This document shows, piece by piece, positions 12,935 to 26,427 of a DNA stretch of 64,000 nt. Numbering within the stretch: the first letter of the stretch is position 1; each line of letters starts with the position of its first letter. The translations under genes were made by a program, and so were the position numbers. The notes beneath the pieces are model-generated. The model did no database searches and was not told the DNA's origin. It worked only from the letters and a program-made list of their open reading frames with translations. Source of the stretch: Eledone cirrhosa (taxonomy: Eukaryota); the NCBI GenBank assembly GCA_964016885.1, contig OZ024753.1, forward strand, positions 42,966,001 through 43,030,000, read 5' to 3'.

Positions 12935-13220
12935 ATGATGACGAGTGTTCCAGTTGATCCATTCTACAGAACAGCTTGCTCATGAAATTAACATGTAAGT
13001 GGCTGAGCATTTCACAGATGCATATATCCATAAGATAGTTCTCAGGGAGATTCAGCATGACACAGAATGTGACAAGGCTGGCCATTTGAATTACAGGTAC
13101 AACTAATTTTTACCAGCTAAGTGAACTGGAGCTATGTGAAATAAAGTGTCTTGCTTAAGGCCACAATGCGCTACCAGGAATTGAACTCACAACCTTAAGA
13201 TTATAAACCAAATACCCTAA
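12935..13220 (-). mobile_element. Older CORE-like SINE with a different tail
   Basis: CAGCTAAGTGAACTGGAGCTATGTGAAATAAAGTGTCTTGCTTAAGG and GAATTGAACTC (B box revcomp). Confidence 0.7.
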
Positions 13221-13274
13221 AGAATATATATTAACTAATTACAGGGTTAAAGAATATCACAGTGGTGTTGCCTT

Positions 13275-13491
13275 TTAACCCTTTAGCATTTAAACTGGTC
13301 AGATCCGGCCAGAATTTTTCACCTCTTTCTATTCAAACCAGTTGTAACTGGCCACTCAAAATAAATAATATCAAAATAAATAATATCAAAATCTCATAGA
13401 TTCGATATTATGTGAGATAATTATCGACGTAAAGCCTTTACTACGAAAATACAATAGTATATAAAGAGTAATATGGATGCTAAAGGGTTAA
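13275..13491 (+). mobile_element. TTAA-flanked piggyBac-like MITE
   Basis: TTAA-CCCTTTAGCAT...ATGCTAAAGGG-TTAA with intact TIRs and TSD. Confidence 0.88.
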
Positions 13492-14089
13492 AATATATCC
13501 CATTATGAGAAAACGGCATGTGTTTAACTATAGAAAGCTACTTGATATTTCTTGTTTTCTCAAATCAGGGTTATTTTTATACTTTAAGAAGAAAAGGTGT
13601 CTTTCACATCACATTGCTGCCCCCCCCCCCCCCCCTCTAATGTATCAGGTGTGGGGTCTAGGTCGAGGAAGGGGATGACAGATAGAAAGGTTCATTCACT
13701 GGTTAATGGTAAATATGATCATTATCAGACCTCTAAGGGTTTGATTTTGTCTTGAGGGTCTCGTAAAGACTGTTGTCTTCTCTAAATGATGTGAAATGAT
13801 TCAACAATTAGCCATTTTGAATAGTCAATACATTTAATCGATTATAATATGAATTGTGCCGCAAGGCTTTCTAGCATGGTTCTACAGACATCTAGCGCCT
13901 TTGTCAGAACTGAAGATGACAGACTGGTTAAATAAATGTTAATATATTATCGAATCTAGCTCTATTGCTATGTATTTACAACTATTTTGAAGTATTTTTA
14001 CTTTATCTGTATTCGGATCAGAGAAGTGTTCTATTGAATATGTAATCTTGACACATATTAAATCTGTATATATAATTTATACATACTGA

Positions 14090-14560
14090 CATACATATAT
14101 ACTATGTATATACATGCACACATACATAGACATATTCATACATACACACATATTCATACATACACACATATACATATATACTATGTATATACATGCACAA
14201 ATACATAGACATATTCATACATACACACATATTCATACATACACACATATACATATATACTATGTATATACATGCACACATACATAGACACATTCATACA
14301 TACACACATATTCATACGTACACACATATACATATATACTATGTATATACATGCATTCATACATACACCCATATTCATACATACACACATATACATATAT
14401 ACTATGTATATACATGCACAAATACATAGACATATTCATACATACACATATTCATACATACACACATATACATATATACTATGTATATACATGCACACAT
14501 ACATAGACACATTCATACATACACACATATACATATATATACATATGTATAGCATACATT
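14090..14560. repeat. Compound CA/TA minisatellite
   Basis: Repeated ACTATGTATATACATGCAC...CATATTCATACATACACA units. Confidence 0.85.
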
Positions 14561-14939
14561 CCTACATAGACACAGCTACACACATACATACTATGTGTAT
14601 ACATATATACACACACATATGCCCATAAACATTCACACACACTCACACACTCACATATATATATATATATATATATCATCATCATCATCATCATTTTACG
14701 TCCGCTTTTCCCTGCTTGCAATATATATATATATATATAGGTACAGCATACATGCATACATAAACACAGATGCACAGATACAAATATATGTAGAGACATA
14801 GATACACACACACATATATATATACACCTCTCAAAGGCAATGACACACGACCGTGACTTCTGGCGTCACGCAGTAATACAGAGTACCCGACCTCCCATGG
14901 GTACAAGCTGAAGCATATAGACAATATGCCCCCACACCC

Positions 14940-15213
14940 CCCACTGCAAGGTGGTCGTGGAGGTGCCACGGCAAAGCACCCAGCCCACACTGTAAAGTGG
15001 ACGTGTAGGCACCACGGAAAGAAAGCACCCAGGACTCACTGTAAATGAGGTTGGTGTTAGGAAGGGCATCCAGCTGTAGAAATCAAGCCAGAATCAGTTC
15101 CTGTATGAGCCAGGCATGGTCAGCCGACCAGACACTGCCCACAACAGGACAACCCATCTAACCCATGCTAGTGTGGAAGAACGGACGTAAAACGGTGATG
15201 ATGATGATGATGA
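14940..15213 (+). mobile_element. SINE fragment with RTE-type tail (family A variant)
   Basis: GGTGTTAGGAAGGGCATCCAGCTGTAGAAA ... GGACGTAAAACGGTGATGATG. Confidence 0.75.
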
Positions 15214-15851
15214 TTTATAGACACACATAGGTACTGCATACATACATAGACACACACATATATATAAGTGTAAAGACATCAACACACACACACACATATA
15301 TATATATATTTATAGACACACATAGGTACTGCATACATACATAGACACACATATATATAAGTGTAAAGACATCAACACACACACATATATATATATATTT
15401 ATAGACACACATAGGTACTGCATACATACATAGACACACACACATATATAAGTGTAAAGACATCAATACACACACATGAATTATTCTGAATTGTGATGAT
15501 CTTAAAAGAATGTAAATATTATTCTAAATTATACTCAAATGTCAAAAATAGTTGTCATACTAAATACCCAAGTGCAGTGGTTCCTTTCATTTCCCCTACC
15601 CCCAAATCCTAAATATTTAAAAGTACTCCTCCCTCTTTGCTATTATTCCCCCCTCCCAGAATGTTATACAGTGAAAATAGAGATATGTTTATACATAGGG
15701 AAGAATATATACTCACTAGTGTATGTATATCGTGTTTATATGACAGTACTTGATATGTTTATACTCATAGAAGAGTAGATACTCAACATTGTGTATATTG
15801 TGTTATATTGTCCATCAAACATAACCTAGTCAATTGACTTTATCAGCCCCT

Positions 15852-16150
15852 TTAACCCTTTACCATTTACATTACTCTATATATACTATTGTGTTTTCAT
15901 GGTAAAGGCTTTACCTCACATAATATCTCACATAACATTTACATTACTCTAAATATACTATTGTATTTTCATGGTAAAGGCTTTACCTCACATAATATCT
16001 CACATAATATCGAATCTATGAGATTTTGAAAGTATTTATTTTGAGAACAATATCTTAACACCAATTTGAGTGACCAGTTCCAGCCAGTTTCAACAGAAAG
16101 AGGTAGAGAATTCTGGCCAGTTTTGGTCAGTTTGAACATTAAAGGGTTAA
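15852..16150 (-). mobile_element. TTAA MITE with internal duplication
   Basis: TTAACCCTTTA...TAAAGGGTTAA, with a ~70-bp internal tandem duplication. Confidence 0.82.
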
Positions 16151-16249
16151 ATATGTACAAATATGAAGAATCATTATTCTAAATTCTACTGGGATAAATA
16201 TTGCTAGAAATATAATCATACAAATTTTAACATGTTTCTATATTGATGC

Positions 16250-16390
16250 ATAGAGTTAAGGCCCTTGCCATTCTGAGTTCAAATCCCACCGAGGTTAACT
16301 TTGCCTTTCATCCTTATGGGGTTGATAAAATAAAGTACCAGTAATGCACTGGGTAATTGCTGGCCTTGTGCCAAAAGTAGAAACAATTAT
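16250..16390 (+). mobile_element. SINE family B, 5'-truncated
   Basis: GTTCAAATCCC B box, TTTGCCTTTCATCCTTAYGGGGTYGATAAAATAAAGTACCAG and the GCCTTGTGCCAAAAGTAGAAACAATT tail. Confidence 0.85.
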
Positions 16391-16880
16391 ATATAAGACA
16401 GCGAATTGCAGAACCATCAGAACATTGGATAGAATACTTTGTGATATTAGTTCTGGCTCTCTGTTCTCTAACTTCCAATCTCACCATGGTCAACTTTACC
16501 TTTCATCCATTCAAGGTCGATAAAAACAAAGTACCAGTCAAGTACTGGGGTCGATTCTTTCTCTATATTTCTTTCTCACTCCTCTGGAAGAAATCTGCTG
16601 TATTCAGAGCTGGAGAGGAAATGGGTTCTACCAGGTTTTAAAATGCCTGGGAAACACTGTATGTCAATACAGTGCCCCTGAGATTCACTCAGGGGTTATG
16701 ACACCATTCATGTATTATATAACTTCAATATGACTTGATATTTGTTTCACAGAAACAAATCCCATACAGTTTATATCGTATTGATCTAAATTCTGTTATA
16801 TTTAACTTATGTTATATCTTGAAAATATATCACAACTATACTGTATCTGGTTAAATAATTGTTTCTTTTGTATTCTTCAG

Positions 16881-17029
16881 AATGGCATATCGAAAATCGT
16901 CAAACAATTCCACTACACAACCTGGCCCGATCATGGCGTGCCGAAATTTGGTAATTCACTAATATTATTCCGGCAGAAAATACGTGCGTTTGACCGGCTC
17001 GACAATGGACCTGTTATTGTTCATTGCAG
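16881..17029 (+). CDS. RPTP D1 exon with WPD loop (NGISKIVKQFHYTTWPDHGVPKFGNSLILFRQKIRAFDRLDNGPVIVHC-S)
   Basis: ttcttcag acceptor and gtaaaa donor. 149 nt, phase 0-2. Contains QFHYTTWPDHGVP and GPVIVHC. Confidence 0.96.
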
Positions 17030-17069
17030 GTAAAATATTATCTAATTACATTTTCAAATCTTTCCTGTG

Positions 17070-17277
17070 TTTGCATTACTCTATATTTACTATTGTATTT
17101 TGACGGCAAACACTTTATTTCACATATTTATCTCACATAATATCGAATCTACGAGATTTTGATATTATGTATTTTGAGAACAATACCTTAACATAAGTAT
17201 GAGCAGCCAGTTACGACCAGTTTGAACAGAAAGAGGTAAGAGAATTCTGGTCGGACACAGCCAATTTAAATGCTAAA
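17070..17277 (-). mobile_element. Truncated TTAA MITE just downstream of the WPD exon
   Basis: Body matches the 13275 copy. The right TIR stops at AAATGCTAAA next to an RTE insertion. Confidence 0.78.
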
Positions 17278-17304
17278 CCTCACCATATTTAGAAATCTTT
17301 TTAC

Positions 17305-17824
17305 GCCCATACTTGACGAAGAAGGGTTTCTCCCTGCGTACGAAAGGCCGGTTGTATGATGCCTGTGTGAGGAGCGCGATGCTGCATGGTAGTGAGACAT
17401 GGGCAGCTACCGCAGAAGATATGCGACGGCTGGAGAGAAATGAGGCAAGCATGCTCCGTTGGATGTGCAGTGTAAATGTGCGTGAACGACCCAGCATAAA
17501 TGTGTTGAGAGAGAAACTGTGTCTGAGAGGGATAGAATGTAGTGTACGGGAGAGGAGACTGAGGTGGTATGGACATGTGATGCGCATGGAGGATGACCGA
17601 TGGGTGAAGAAGTGCCAGAAAATGCCAGTTGAAGGAAGACGTGGTAGAGGTAGACCACGAAAAACATGGGCGGAGGTGGTGAGAACAGACCTCAGATCAT
17701 TGAAGCTCACGGTGGAGATGACGAGGGACCGTGACGAGTGGAGAGATGCTGTGCTGAATAAGACCCGTCCCACCCTTGCAAGCAGGGAAGAGCGGACGTA
17801 AAATGATGATGATGATGATGATGA
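17305..17824 (+). mobile_element. RTE-clade LINE 3' fragment (5'-truncated, ORF uninterrupted)
   Basis: KGRLYDACVRSAMLHGSETW...MLRWMC...LRWYGHV...GRPRKTW followed by an (ATG)n tail. Confidence 0.93.
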
Positions 17825-18194
17825 CTTGTAACATATTATGTGGGTTTCCAAATTATTTCTGCATTTAAAATATTTACAAATGTCCCCTAAAATGCTATCT
17901 ATTTTAGACTAGAGTTGTTTTTCAACCTCTCTACAGTAAATCATGTCTCCTATATTAATATTTATAGCCATAATGTTTCCTCTTGCACTAAAGTAGCAGC
18001 TGATCGACATAAAAATCAGGATGTGATTAATTTGAGATGAGTTAATCTGTAAACTCTTTGCTCATAACTGTTCTTAAGTAACTCAGACTTAATATATTTG
18101 TTGATTTCTCAGTTTCTCTGAAATAAACCAGATTGCTATAAATTCAATTATCCTTCACCATAAATACAAGGAATTAAACATTTTTACTACTGCA

Positions 18195-18294
<100 letters not shown>

Positions 18295-18494
18295 CCATTG
18301 GGTTTACATATTTTTCTATCCACTGTCCATCAGTCTCCATTTATACATATATATATATATATTGACCTATATATATGCACATACACATAAGTATATTTAT
18401 ATATGCATATATGCACATTATATATATATATATATATATACATCATATATATGTGTATATATATATATATATATGTGCATGTTATTGAACAATA

Positions 18495-19990
18495 GGAAGG
18501 CTCTTTAGCATCTGATTATTTTTTGCCGCATCAAATACATTTACTGCACTGATACGTGATATTCTTCCTGCAGTCGGCTGTGATCTTGTTAGCCACACAG
18601 CAAAAGACCTTCACCCTCTCATGGACTGCTTATCAACAGCGTATGATGAAGTCGGCTGTGATCTTGTTAGCCACACAGCAAAAGACCTTCACCTTCTCAT
18701 GGACTGCTTATCAACAGCGTATGATGAAGTCGGCTGTGATCTTGTTAGCCACGCAGCAAAAGACCTTCACCTTTTCATGGACTGCTTATCAACAGCGTAT
18801 GATGAAGTCGGCTGTGATCTAGTTAGCCACACAGCAAAAGACCTTCACCTTCTCATGGACTGCTTATCAACAGTGTATGATGAAGTCGGCTGTGATCTTG
18901 TTAGCCACACAGCAAAAGACCTTCACCCTCTCATGGACTGCTTATCAACAGCGTATGATGAAGTCGGCTGTGATCTTGTTAGCCACACAGCAAAAGACCT
19001 TCACCCTCTCATGGACTGCTTATCAACAGCGTATGATGAAGTCGGCTGTGATCTTGTTAGCCACACAGCAAAAGACCTTCACCTTCTCATGGACTGCTTA
19101 TCAACAGCGTATGATGAAGTCGGCTGTGATCTTGTTAGCCACACAGCAAAAGACCTTCACCTTCTCATGGACTGCTTATCAACAGCGTATGATGAAGTCG
19201 GCTGTGATCTTGTTAGCCACACAGCAAAAGATCTTCACCTTCTCATGGACTGCTTATCAACAGTGTATGATGAAGTCGGCTGTGATCTTGTTAGCCACAC
19301 AGCAAAAGACCTTCACCCTCTCATGGACTGCTTATCAACAGCGTATGATGAAGTCGGCTGTGATCTTGTTAGCCACACAGCAAAAGACCTTCACCCTCTC
19401 ATGGACTGCTTATCAACAGCGTATGATGAAGTCGGCTGTGATCTTGTTAGCCACACAGCAAAAGACCTTCACCTTCTCATGGACTGCTTATCAACAGCGT
19501 ATGATGAAGTCGGCTGTGATCTTGTTAGCCACACAGCAAAAGACCTTCACCTTCTCATGGACTGCTTATCAACAGCGTATGATGAAGTCGGCTGTGATCT
19601 TGTTAGCCACACAGCAAAAGACCTTCACCTTCTCATGGACTGCTTATCAACAGCGTATGATGAAGTCGGCTGTGATCTTGTTAGCCACACAGCAAAAGAC
19701 CTTCACCTTCTCATGGACTGCTTATCAACAGCGTATGATGAGTTTGGGCTGACAATCAGCCTGAAAAAGACAGTTGTGGTTTAACAGCATGCACCCAAAA
19801 AGCCTCACATTCTACCATCCATTTCTGTCATAGGGGGGAAAATATTGAAGGCTGTGGTTAACTGCATCTACCTGGGTAACTACTCACTCCGGAATCAACA
19901 CCTTTGATGAAGAAGTTGGCTACCAGGTGTCTAAAGCTTCCGACGTTATTTGACTATGAAGAATAGTTTAAGAAGTTTGGCATAAAATCT
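18495..19990 (+). mobile_element. Decayed RTE/BovB-like reverse transcriptase fragment with an internal 78-bp x15 tandem array (18573-19742)
   Basis: GRLFS..LIRDILPAVGCDLVSHT..DL..LMD.LSTA.DEFGLTISLKKTVV..YLG..DEEV...SKAS aligns by eye with RTE RT (LLFADDCAL...FGLTISLKKT). Confidence 0.82.
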
Positions 19991-20141
19991 CTTGGAATAG
20001 ACAAAACCCTGGATATACAAAACCCTGGATATTAGCTTCTGGAGATGGAAAGAAATGGAAAGCAATGAAGACTGTGTCCCTGTCTTCATCTTTTCCATGT
20101 TTTCTATGTCCCTTATATATTCCACATTTGATTCTTTTTAC

Positions 20142-20171
<30 letters not shown>

Positions 20172-20172
<1 letters not shown>

Positions 20173-20361
20173 GGAACAAGTATGACCCCGATGGCAGAGC
20201 TCAAGCCGTTTTGAAGGCTATTTCCGTCCAGAAATAGCCATCGAAACGGCTTGAGCTCTGCCATCGGGGTCATACTTTTTCCTATTACCCACTCTACTAC
20301 CCTAAGTATTGAGTACTCTGGTGCGTTATGGTCCATCTGGTTCCTTACCACAACTCCTTCG

Positions 20362-20363
<2 letters not shown>
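20172..20363 (+). mobile_element. (TA)n-embedded hairpin/half-hammerhead element H1
   Basis: ~53-bp inverted arms (20172-20224 / 20231-20283) plus an 80-nt tail. Homologous to 43140, 45194 and 46096. Confidence 0.85.
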
Positions 20364-20417
<54 letters not shown>

Positions 20418-20544
20418 CGTGTGTATGTGTATTTATCTATCTAACTATATATATATGAATTATTATTATATATGTTTGTGTATATATTTATACATATGTA
20501 TATATACATACATATATTAATATACACATATATGTATGTGTATG

Positions 20545-20601
<57 letters not shown>

Positions 20602-21328
20602 GGTTAGATAGATAGATATACATAGACACATACACACACACACATATATATGGTTAGATAGATAGATATACATAGACACATACACACACACACACATATA
20701 TATATATGTATGGATGTATAAACTCTAGACTATAAATCTTGGCAACCATTTGAGATGTTATACATTTGTGGGTCTATTTTTCGAAGTTTATGATACACCC
20801 CCACCTTACTTTGATACAATAGACTTATCAATAAATATTGCAATGGTTTTTAATTGACATTCATTTATTGCAATCTGGCTTTGAACCTTCATTTTTCATT
20901 TGCTTCCGAAGTAAACCTATATAACGAGACTGACAGAACGAGAATCTATAGTATTTATCTGTGTGTGTATGTGTAGATGTGTAAGTCTGTGTGTGTTGTA
21001 GATGTACGTGCGTGTGTGTAGATGTGTAAGTCTGTGTGTGTGTGTGTGTAGATGTGTAAGTCTGTGTGTGTAGATGTGTTTTTTTGTTGTCTTGCTTTTG
21101 TAGCTAAAATAAGGTGGTGAATCGGTAACTTTGTTAGGGCATCAATTTAGAATTCCTCATTGGGCTTTGAGTTCAAATCCTTGTCAAAATCAACTTTGCT
21201 CTTTTTAATCATTACAAATATATATATCATCATCATCATCGTTAAACATCCATTTCCACACTAGCATGGGTTGGAGAGGTTTCTCCTACTTGAGGCAAGA
21301 TTGGTCAGGTGACTGTGTCTCGCTCATA

Positions 21329-21383
<55 letters not shown>

Positions 21384-21567
21384 ATATTTATTAAAATAAC
21401 AGATTAAAGTTTAAGCAAAGAATCGCTGCTTTCACCCTTAACGGGATTTTCTGAAACTCTCTATGGTTCTTATATATTTGATATATATTTATCCTTATCG
21501 AGTCCTCTTTGGATTTTAGTCTTCACATTTATTATTATTACTATATATATACATACATATATATATG

Positions 21568-21653
<86 letters not shown>

Positions 21654-21815
21654 CCACACTGTAAATGTAGTTGGTGTTAGGAAGGACAATATACAGTCTG
21701 GCCAACTGGCCAGATTTGTCTCATGATGTGGGTGACCTGTCTAACCTATGTAAGCATGGGAAATGGACGTTAAACGATGATGATCATGACAATGATTATA
21801 TATATGTATATATAT

Positions 21816-22002
21816 GAATTATTTCCGTAGAAAGGGTAAAGGAAAGGAGAGTGCTCTATGTAAGCTACAGAGCTAGTTAGTTATGTAATAAACAACATAA
21901 GACAATTACCCATTTACCAAAGGTTTCACGAAGACAGACGTCTGTGTTCAGCTCGTCTGTCTTCGTGAAACCTTTGGTAAATGGAATAATTGTCTTATGT
22001 TG
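21816..22002 (-). mobile_element. Hairpin/half-hammerhead element H3
   Basis: ~48-bp arms (21893-21940 / 21954-22002) containing GAAACC...GGGT-A, with a ~77-nt tail ending at (TA)n. Confidence 0.65.
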
Positions 22003-22294
22003 GGAAAAGCGGACGTAAAATGATGATGATGATATGAGAGATTTGGCTGTTAGATTTACATGATATATATTGTTTGGGGTAAGGGGGTAATTATTTCTTC
22101 TCTTTTTATTTTTCTATATATTACTTTATTATATGCTTTTCTTTTATTGTTATTTAAGTGGCAGGAACTATTTTCCTCAAAGTGTTACCTGCTTCATTTT
22201 GTAGAAGACTTTTTACAGTAGATATTGGTGAAAATTAAATCATTGTAATACTCCTTCAATGAATGAAAATATAATTAGTTTATATATATATATT

Positions 22295-22325
<31 letters not shown>

Positions 22326-22487
22326 ACATATGTATTTATATATCATCATTGTTTTTACGTTCACTTTTCCACACACACACATATATGTATATGTGTATAT
22401 ATGTATATAATGTATATATTTGTATATGTGTATATATGTATAAATATATATACATATATATATATATGTATATATATATATGTATAT

Positions 22488-22830
22488 ATCATCATCATCA
22501 TTTTACGTCCGCTTTTCCCTGCTTGCAAGGGTGTATATATATATGGTATATATATACATATATATATGTATATATATGTATATATCATCATCATCATTTT
22601 ACGTCCGCTTTTCCCTGCTTGCAAGGGTGTATATATATATGGTATATATATACATATATATATGTATATATATGTATATATCATCATCATCATTTTACGT
22701 CCGCTTTTCCCTGCTTGCAAGGGTGTATATATATATGGTATATATATACATATATATATGTATATATATGTATATATCATCATCATCATTTTACGTCCGC
22801 TTTTCCCTGCTTGCAAGGGTGTATATATAT
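22488..22830. repeat. 96-bp x4 tandem repeat built from the SINE/RTE 3' tail plus (TA)n
   Basis: Each unit contains CATCATTTTACGTCCGCTTTTCCCTGCTTGCAAGGGTG. Confidence 0.9.
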
Positions 22831-22857
22831 ATGGTATATATATATATATAAATATAT

Positions 22858-22940
<83 letters not shown>

Positions 22941-23254
22941 TGTTTGTGCATCTATTTCATTATATATCTCTGTACTTAGAGTTACGTGATCTAACTAGAA
23001 CGTTGATCAATTCTACCATCTCGAAATAACTCAATTATTTAAGACTGCCATAACATATTCCTGTGACATTTTAGGCAGCCATTCCACTCTGTCTTTATCT
23101 CTTCCTAACATGGAAGAAATAACAGAAATCGGTGGCGAATATTTCCCAAAACAATTTCAAGGAGAAAAATATTAACTTGATATTGTTTATTGTTTTGATT
23201 TTGCGTTTCTTTCTTTTTTCTTATTCTCTGTCCTGTCCTGTTGTTGTTGCTGTT

Positions 23255-23290
<36 letters not shown>

Positions 23291-23305
23291 GTATGTATGT
23301 ATGTA

Positions 23306-23490
23306 TAATGTGTGACGAAATCATCAGTGGAGGTGGGTGTTCCAAAAGTACAGTAGCCAGAGTAAGAACTGGATGGAGAAAGTTCAGGGAGCTACTATCA
23401 CCGTTAGCTATAAAAGGTTTTTTTCTTAAAATGAAGAGCAGATTGTATGATGCATGTATACAAACAGCAATGTTACATGGCAGTGAGACC
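23306..23490 (+). mobile_element. RTE LINE internal fragment
   Basis: GGGC..ARVRTGWRKFRELL.PL..KGF..K.RLYDAC..AMLHGSET overlaps the 17305 fragment at the protein level. Confidence 0.85.
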
Positions 23491-23494
23491 TTAT

Positions 23495-23930
23495 GTCTCA
23501 CATCTCACAACATACAGCTCACATCTTATATTTTACATTTTATATCTCACAGCTCTCGTCTTACATCACACTTCTTACATCTCATGCCTCACATCTTACA
23601 TTTCACATCTCGCAGCTCATGTCTCGCATCACACATCTCTCATCTCTCATCTAACATCTCACATCTAACATCTAACATCTTACATCACACTTCTCTCATC
23701 TAACATCTTACATCACACATCTAACATCTCTCATCAAACATCTCTCATCAAACATCTCTCATCTAACATCTCTCATCTAACATCTCTCATCTAACATCTC
23801 TCATCTAACATCTCTCATCTAACATCTCTCATCTAACATCTCTCATCTAACATCTCTCATCATACATCTCACATCTCACATAACATATCTCACATCACAC
23901 ATCACACATCACACATCTCTCATCTCACAC
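23495..23930. repeat. (CATCTCTCATCTAA)n-type simple repeat
   Basis: Direct reading of the sequence. Confidence 0.88.
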
Positions 23931-24007
23931 TACTTGCTTTCATTACCGAATGAAGTTCCAGCACACAATAAAGAGATTAAATAAAACTACGTTAGTTGAT
24001 TAACCTA

Positions 24008-24049
<42 letters not shown>

Positions 24050-24463
24050 ACTCTCTCTCTCTCTCCGTATATCTCTCTCTCTATCCTTCCATCCCTTTAG
24101 CTCTCTATCTCTCTAGCCCTCTATCTCACACCTTGTTAAAACTCTACCTGCCATTGGCACTAACTAAGCCAATCAATAAATTCTCACTGATAATCTTTCT
24201 TTTCTTCACTCTTATCGTTTTGCCATCGTCTTCAATTCCTCTCGACCTTACACCAAACACTAAGACCTCCATCCTGAACTAACTGATGTATATTGGGGGA
24301 AACAGCTGTTCTTCACTCATTCCTATTGGCTTGTTAATAGGTTTACGTTTAAGATATACATCATATATATACACATGTGTATACATATATACACACATGC
24401 ATATATATATATACACACATGCATATATATGTACATACATATATAATGTGTGTGTGGGTGTGC

Positions 24464-24502
<39 letters not shown>

Positions 24503-25200
24503 AACAAACAAATGTATGTACTTATGTACTTACATAAATGTATATAGATACATATATACATATGTATCTACATACATACCTATATACTTACCTATATACA
24601 TATATATAGTGAGTATTATTTTGTACAGTGCTGATAACATCAATATGACAAGTTAGAGCGCAAACCCAATTTCTTAGAAAACAGGTGAGTTGAAAAGAGA
24701 AAAGAGAAAAAATAATGGGAAAGAAGGAAAAATGTTATTAGCTGAAAGACATTTTGTTTGAAGTGTTGAGAACAATGTTAGTAAAATATGTTATTAGTTA
24801 GTATAGCTTCATTGCAGTCTTTTGCTATGTTAGATAAGAATTACATCTGTGTAAGTTGACAATGACAACTATATGCACCCACCACACACACCAACACACA
24901 CCTGCACTAACACACACTCACACCTTTTCACTAGCAACTGAAAATCAGTTTGACACAAGGGTCCTTTGTGATGGAAATTTTGTAGCCAGAGGGCCTCATG
25001 AAATCCTATTCTGTTCCAGCTTATTCTTCCAGTCTCCTTATATTAACAGAGAAAGTACTGGTCCTTATCAGAGTGAGAAATTAAAATCACTGATTAGTTG
25101 ATTAGTAATTATATTTGTAGGTTGGACCTCTACCACACACACACACACACACACACACACCCTAAAATATTCCTGACCTGAGCCTGGCTTAGAAGCCATT

Positions 25201-25865
25201 TTTGGCAGTATCGGTAGAGAGTCGGACGCCATGCTTTGCAGCACAGTTAGGTTGCTTTATAGTCTGAGTTCAAATCCCGCCGAGGTTGACTTTGCCTTTC
25301 ATCCTTACGGGGTCGATAAAATAAAGTACCAGTAATGTACTGGGTAATTGCTGGCCTTGTGCCAAAAGTAGAAACAATTATTGTTATTATTATTATTATT
25401 ATTATTATTGATTGGTAATCAGTAGATCATTGGACAACATCCTTTGCAGGATATTTTTATGTTCTGAGTTCAAATCCTGCCGACGTTGACTTTGCCTTTC
25501 ATCCTTACGGGGTCGATAAAATAAAGTACCAGTAATACACTGGGATAATTGCTGGCCTTGTGCCTAAAATAGAAACAATTATTATTATTATTTGAAACTT
25601 CCTTTGAATGTTGCTTCTTTCCCACATCATTCCAAGTGTCAAGCTGACATCTAAGGCAAAATAATTGTTTCTACTTTTGGCACAAGGCCAGCAATTACCC
25701 AATGCATTACTTTGCCTTTCGACCTTACGGGGTCGATAAAATTTATCGACCCCGTAAGGACGAAAGGCAAAGTTGACCTCGACGGGATTTGAACTCAGAT
25801 CGTATAGGGACGTAACTATGCAGGAAAGCATGGCATCCGACCCTCTACCAACACTGCCAATTCAC
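25201..25865. mobile_element. Cluster of three SINE B copies (+,+,-)
   Basis: 25201-25408 (+), ~25410-25590 (+) and 25662-25865 (-, with an internal fold-back at 25709-25773). Confidence 0.85.
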
Positions 25866-26427
25866 CTGAGGTAAAATAATACACACATTTTACAATCAAT
25901 TGCCTTACAAATGATGCCACAGGGGTAGAAATAAACAACAGTAAATGTCTTTGCAAGACTGATAATGCTGCCCTTCTCAGGAGAGGGACAGTGCTAGGAA
26001 ATCAAATGAAAGAACAAATGAACCATTCTCCATGAAAACCTATTAAGGTTTGTTCCATTCCATTCCATTCCATTCAATTAATGGAACTAAGCAATTATAT
26101 TAATGGAAATTTTATAGTGTTTTAATTAATTCTTAAATAGACAATTAAAAATTTCTGTTAACGATTATAAAATTAATATCTGTTATTGATTTCATTGTAA
26201 GAATTGACTGATTCAGTAGAAAAGGAATCAAGGTTGTTGAACATTCTGTCTGGAAAGCTAGAGATCTTTTTATACTTAAGTTTAGTAATATAACTCAGGT
26301 ACAAAGAGATTATCTTTACATAGTCATGTATGGCTTCAAATGTTCTTCTTCTTAACTTATTGAATATAGAATTATGTTCTGTAGAGCTCACCTATATCTT
26401 ATACTGATTGGATATATATATATAGTG

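Noticed and set aside
18621-19784. 387-aa repeat protein as an independent gene
   Set aside because: Explained as tandem amplification within a decayed RT fragment, with no promoter or poly(A) evidence.
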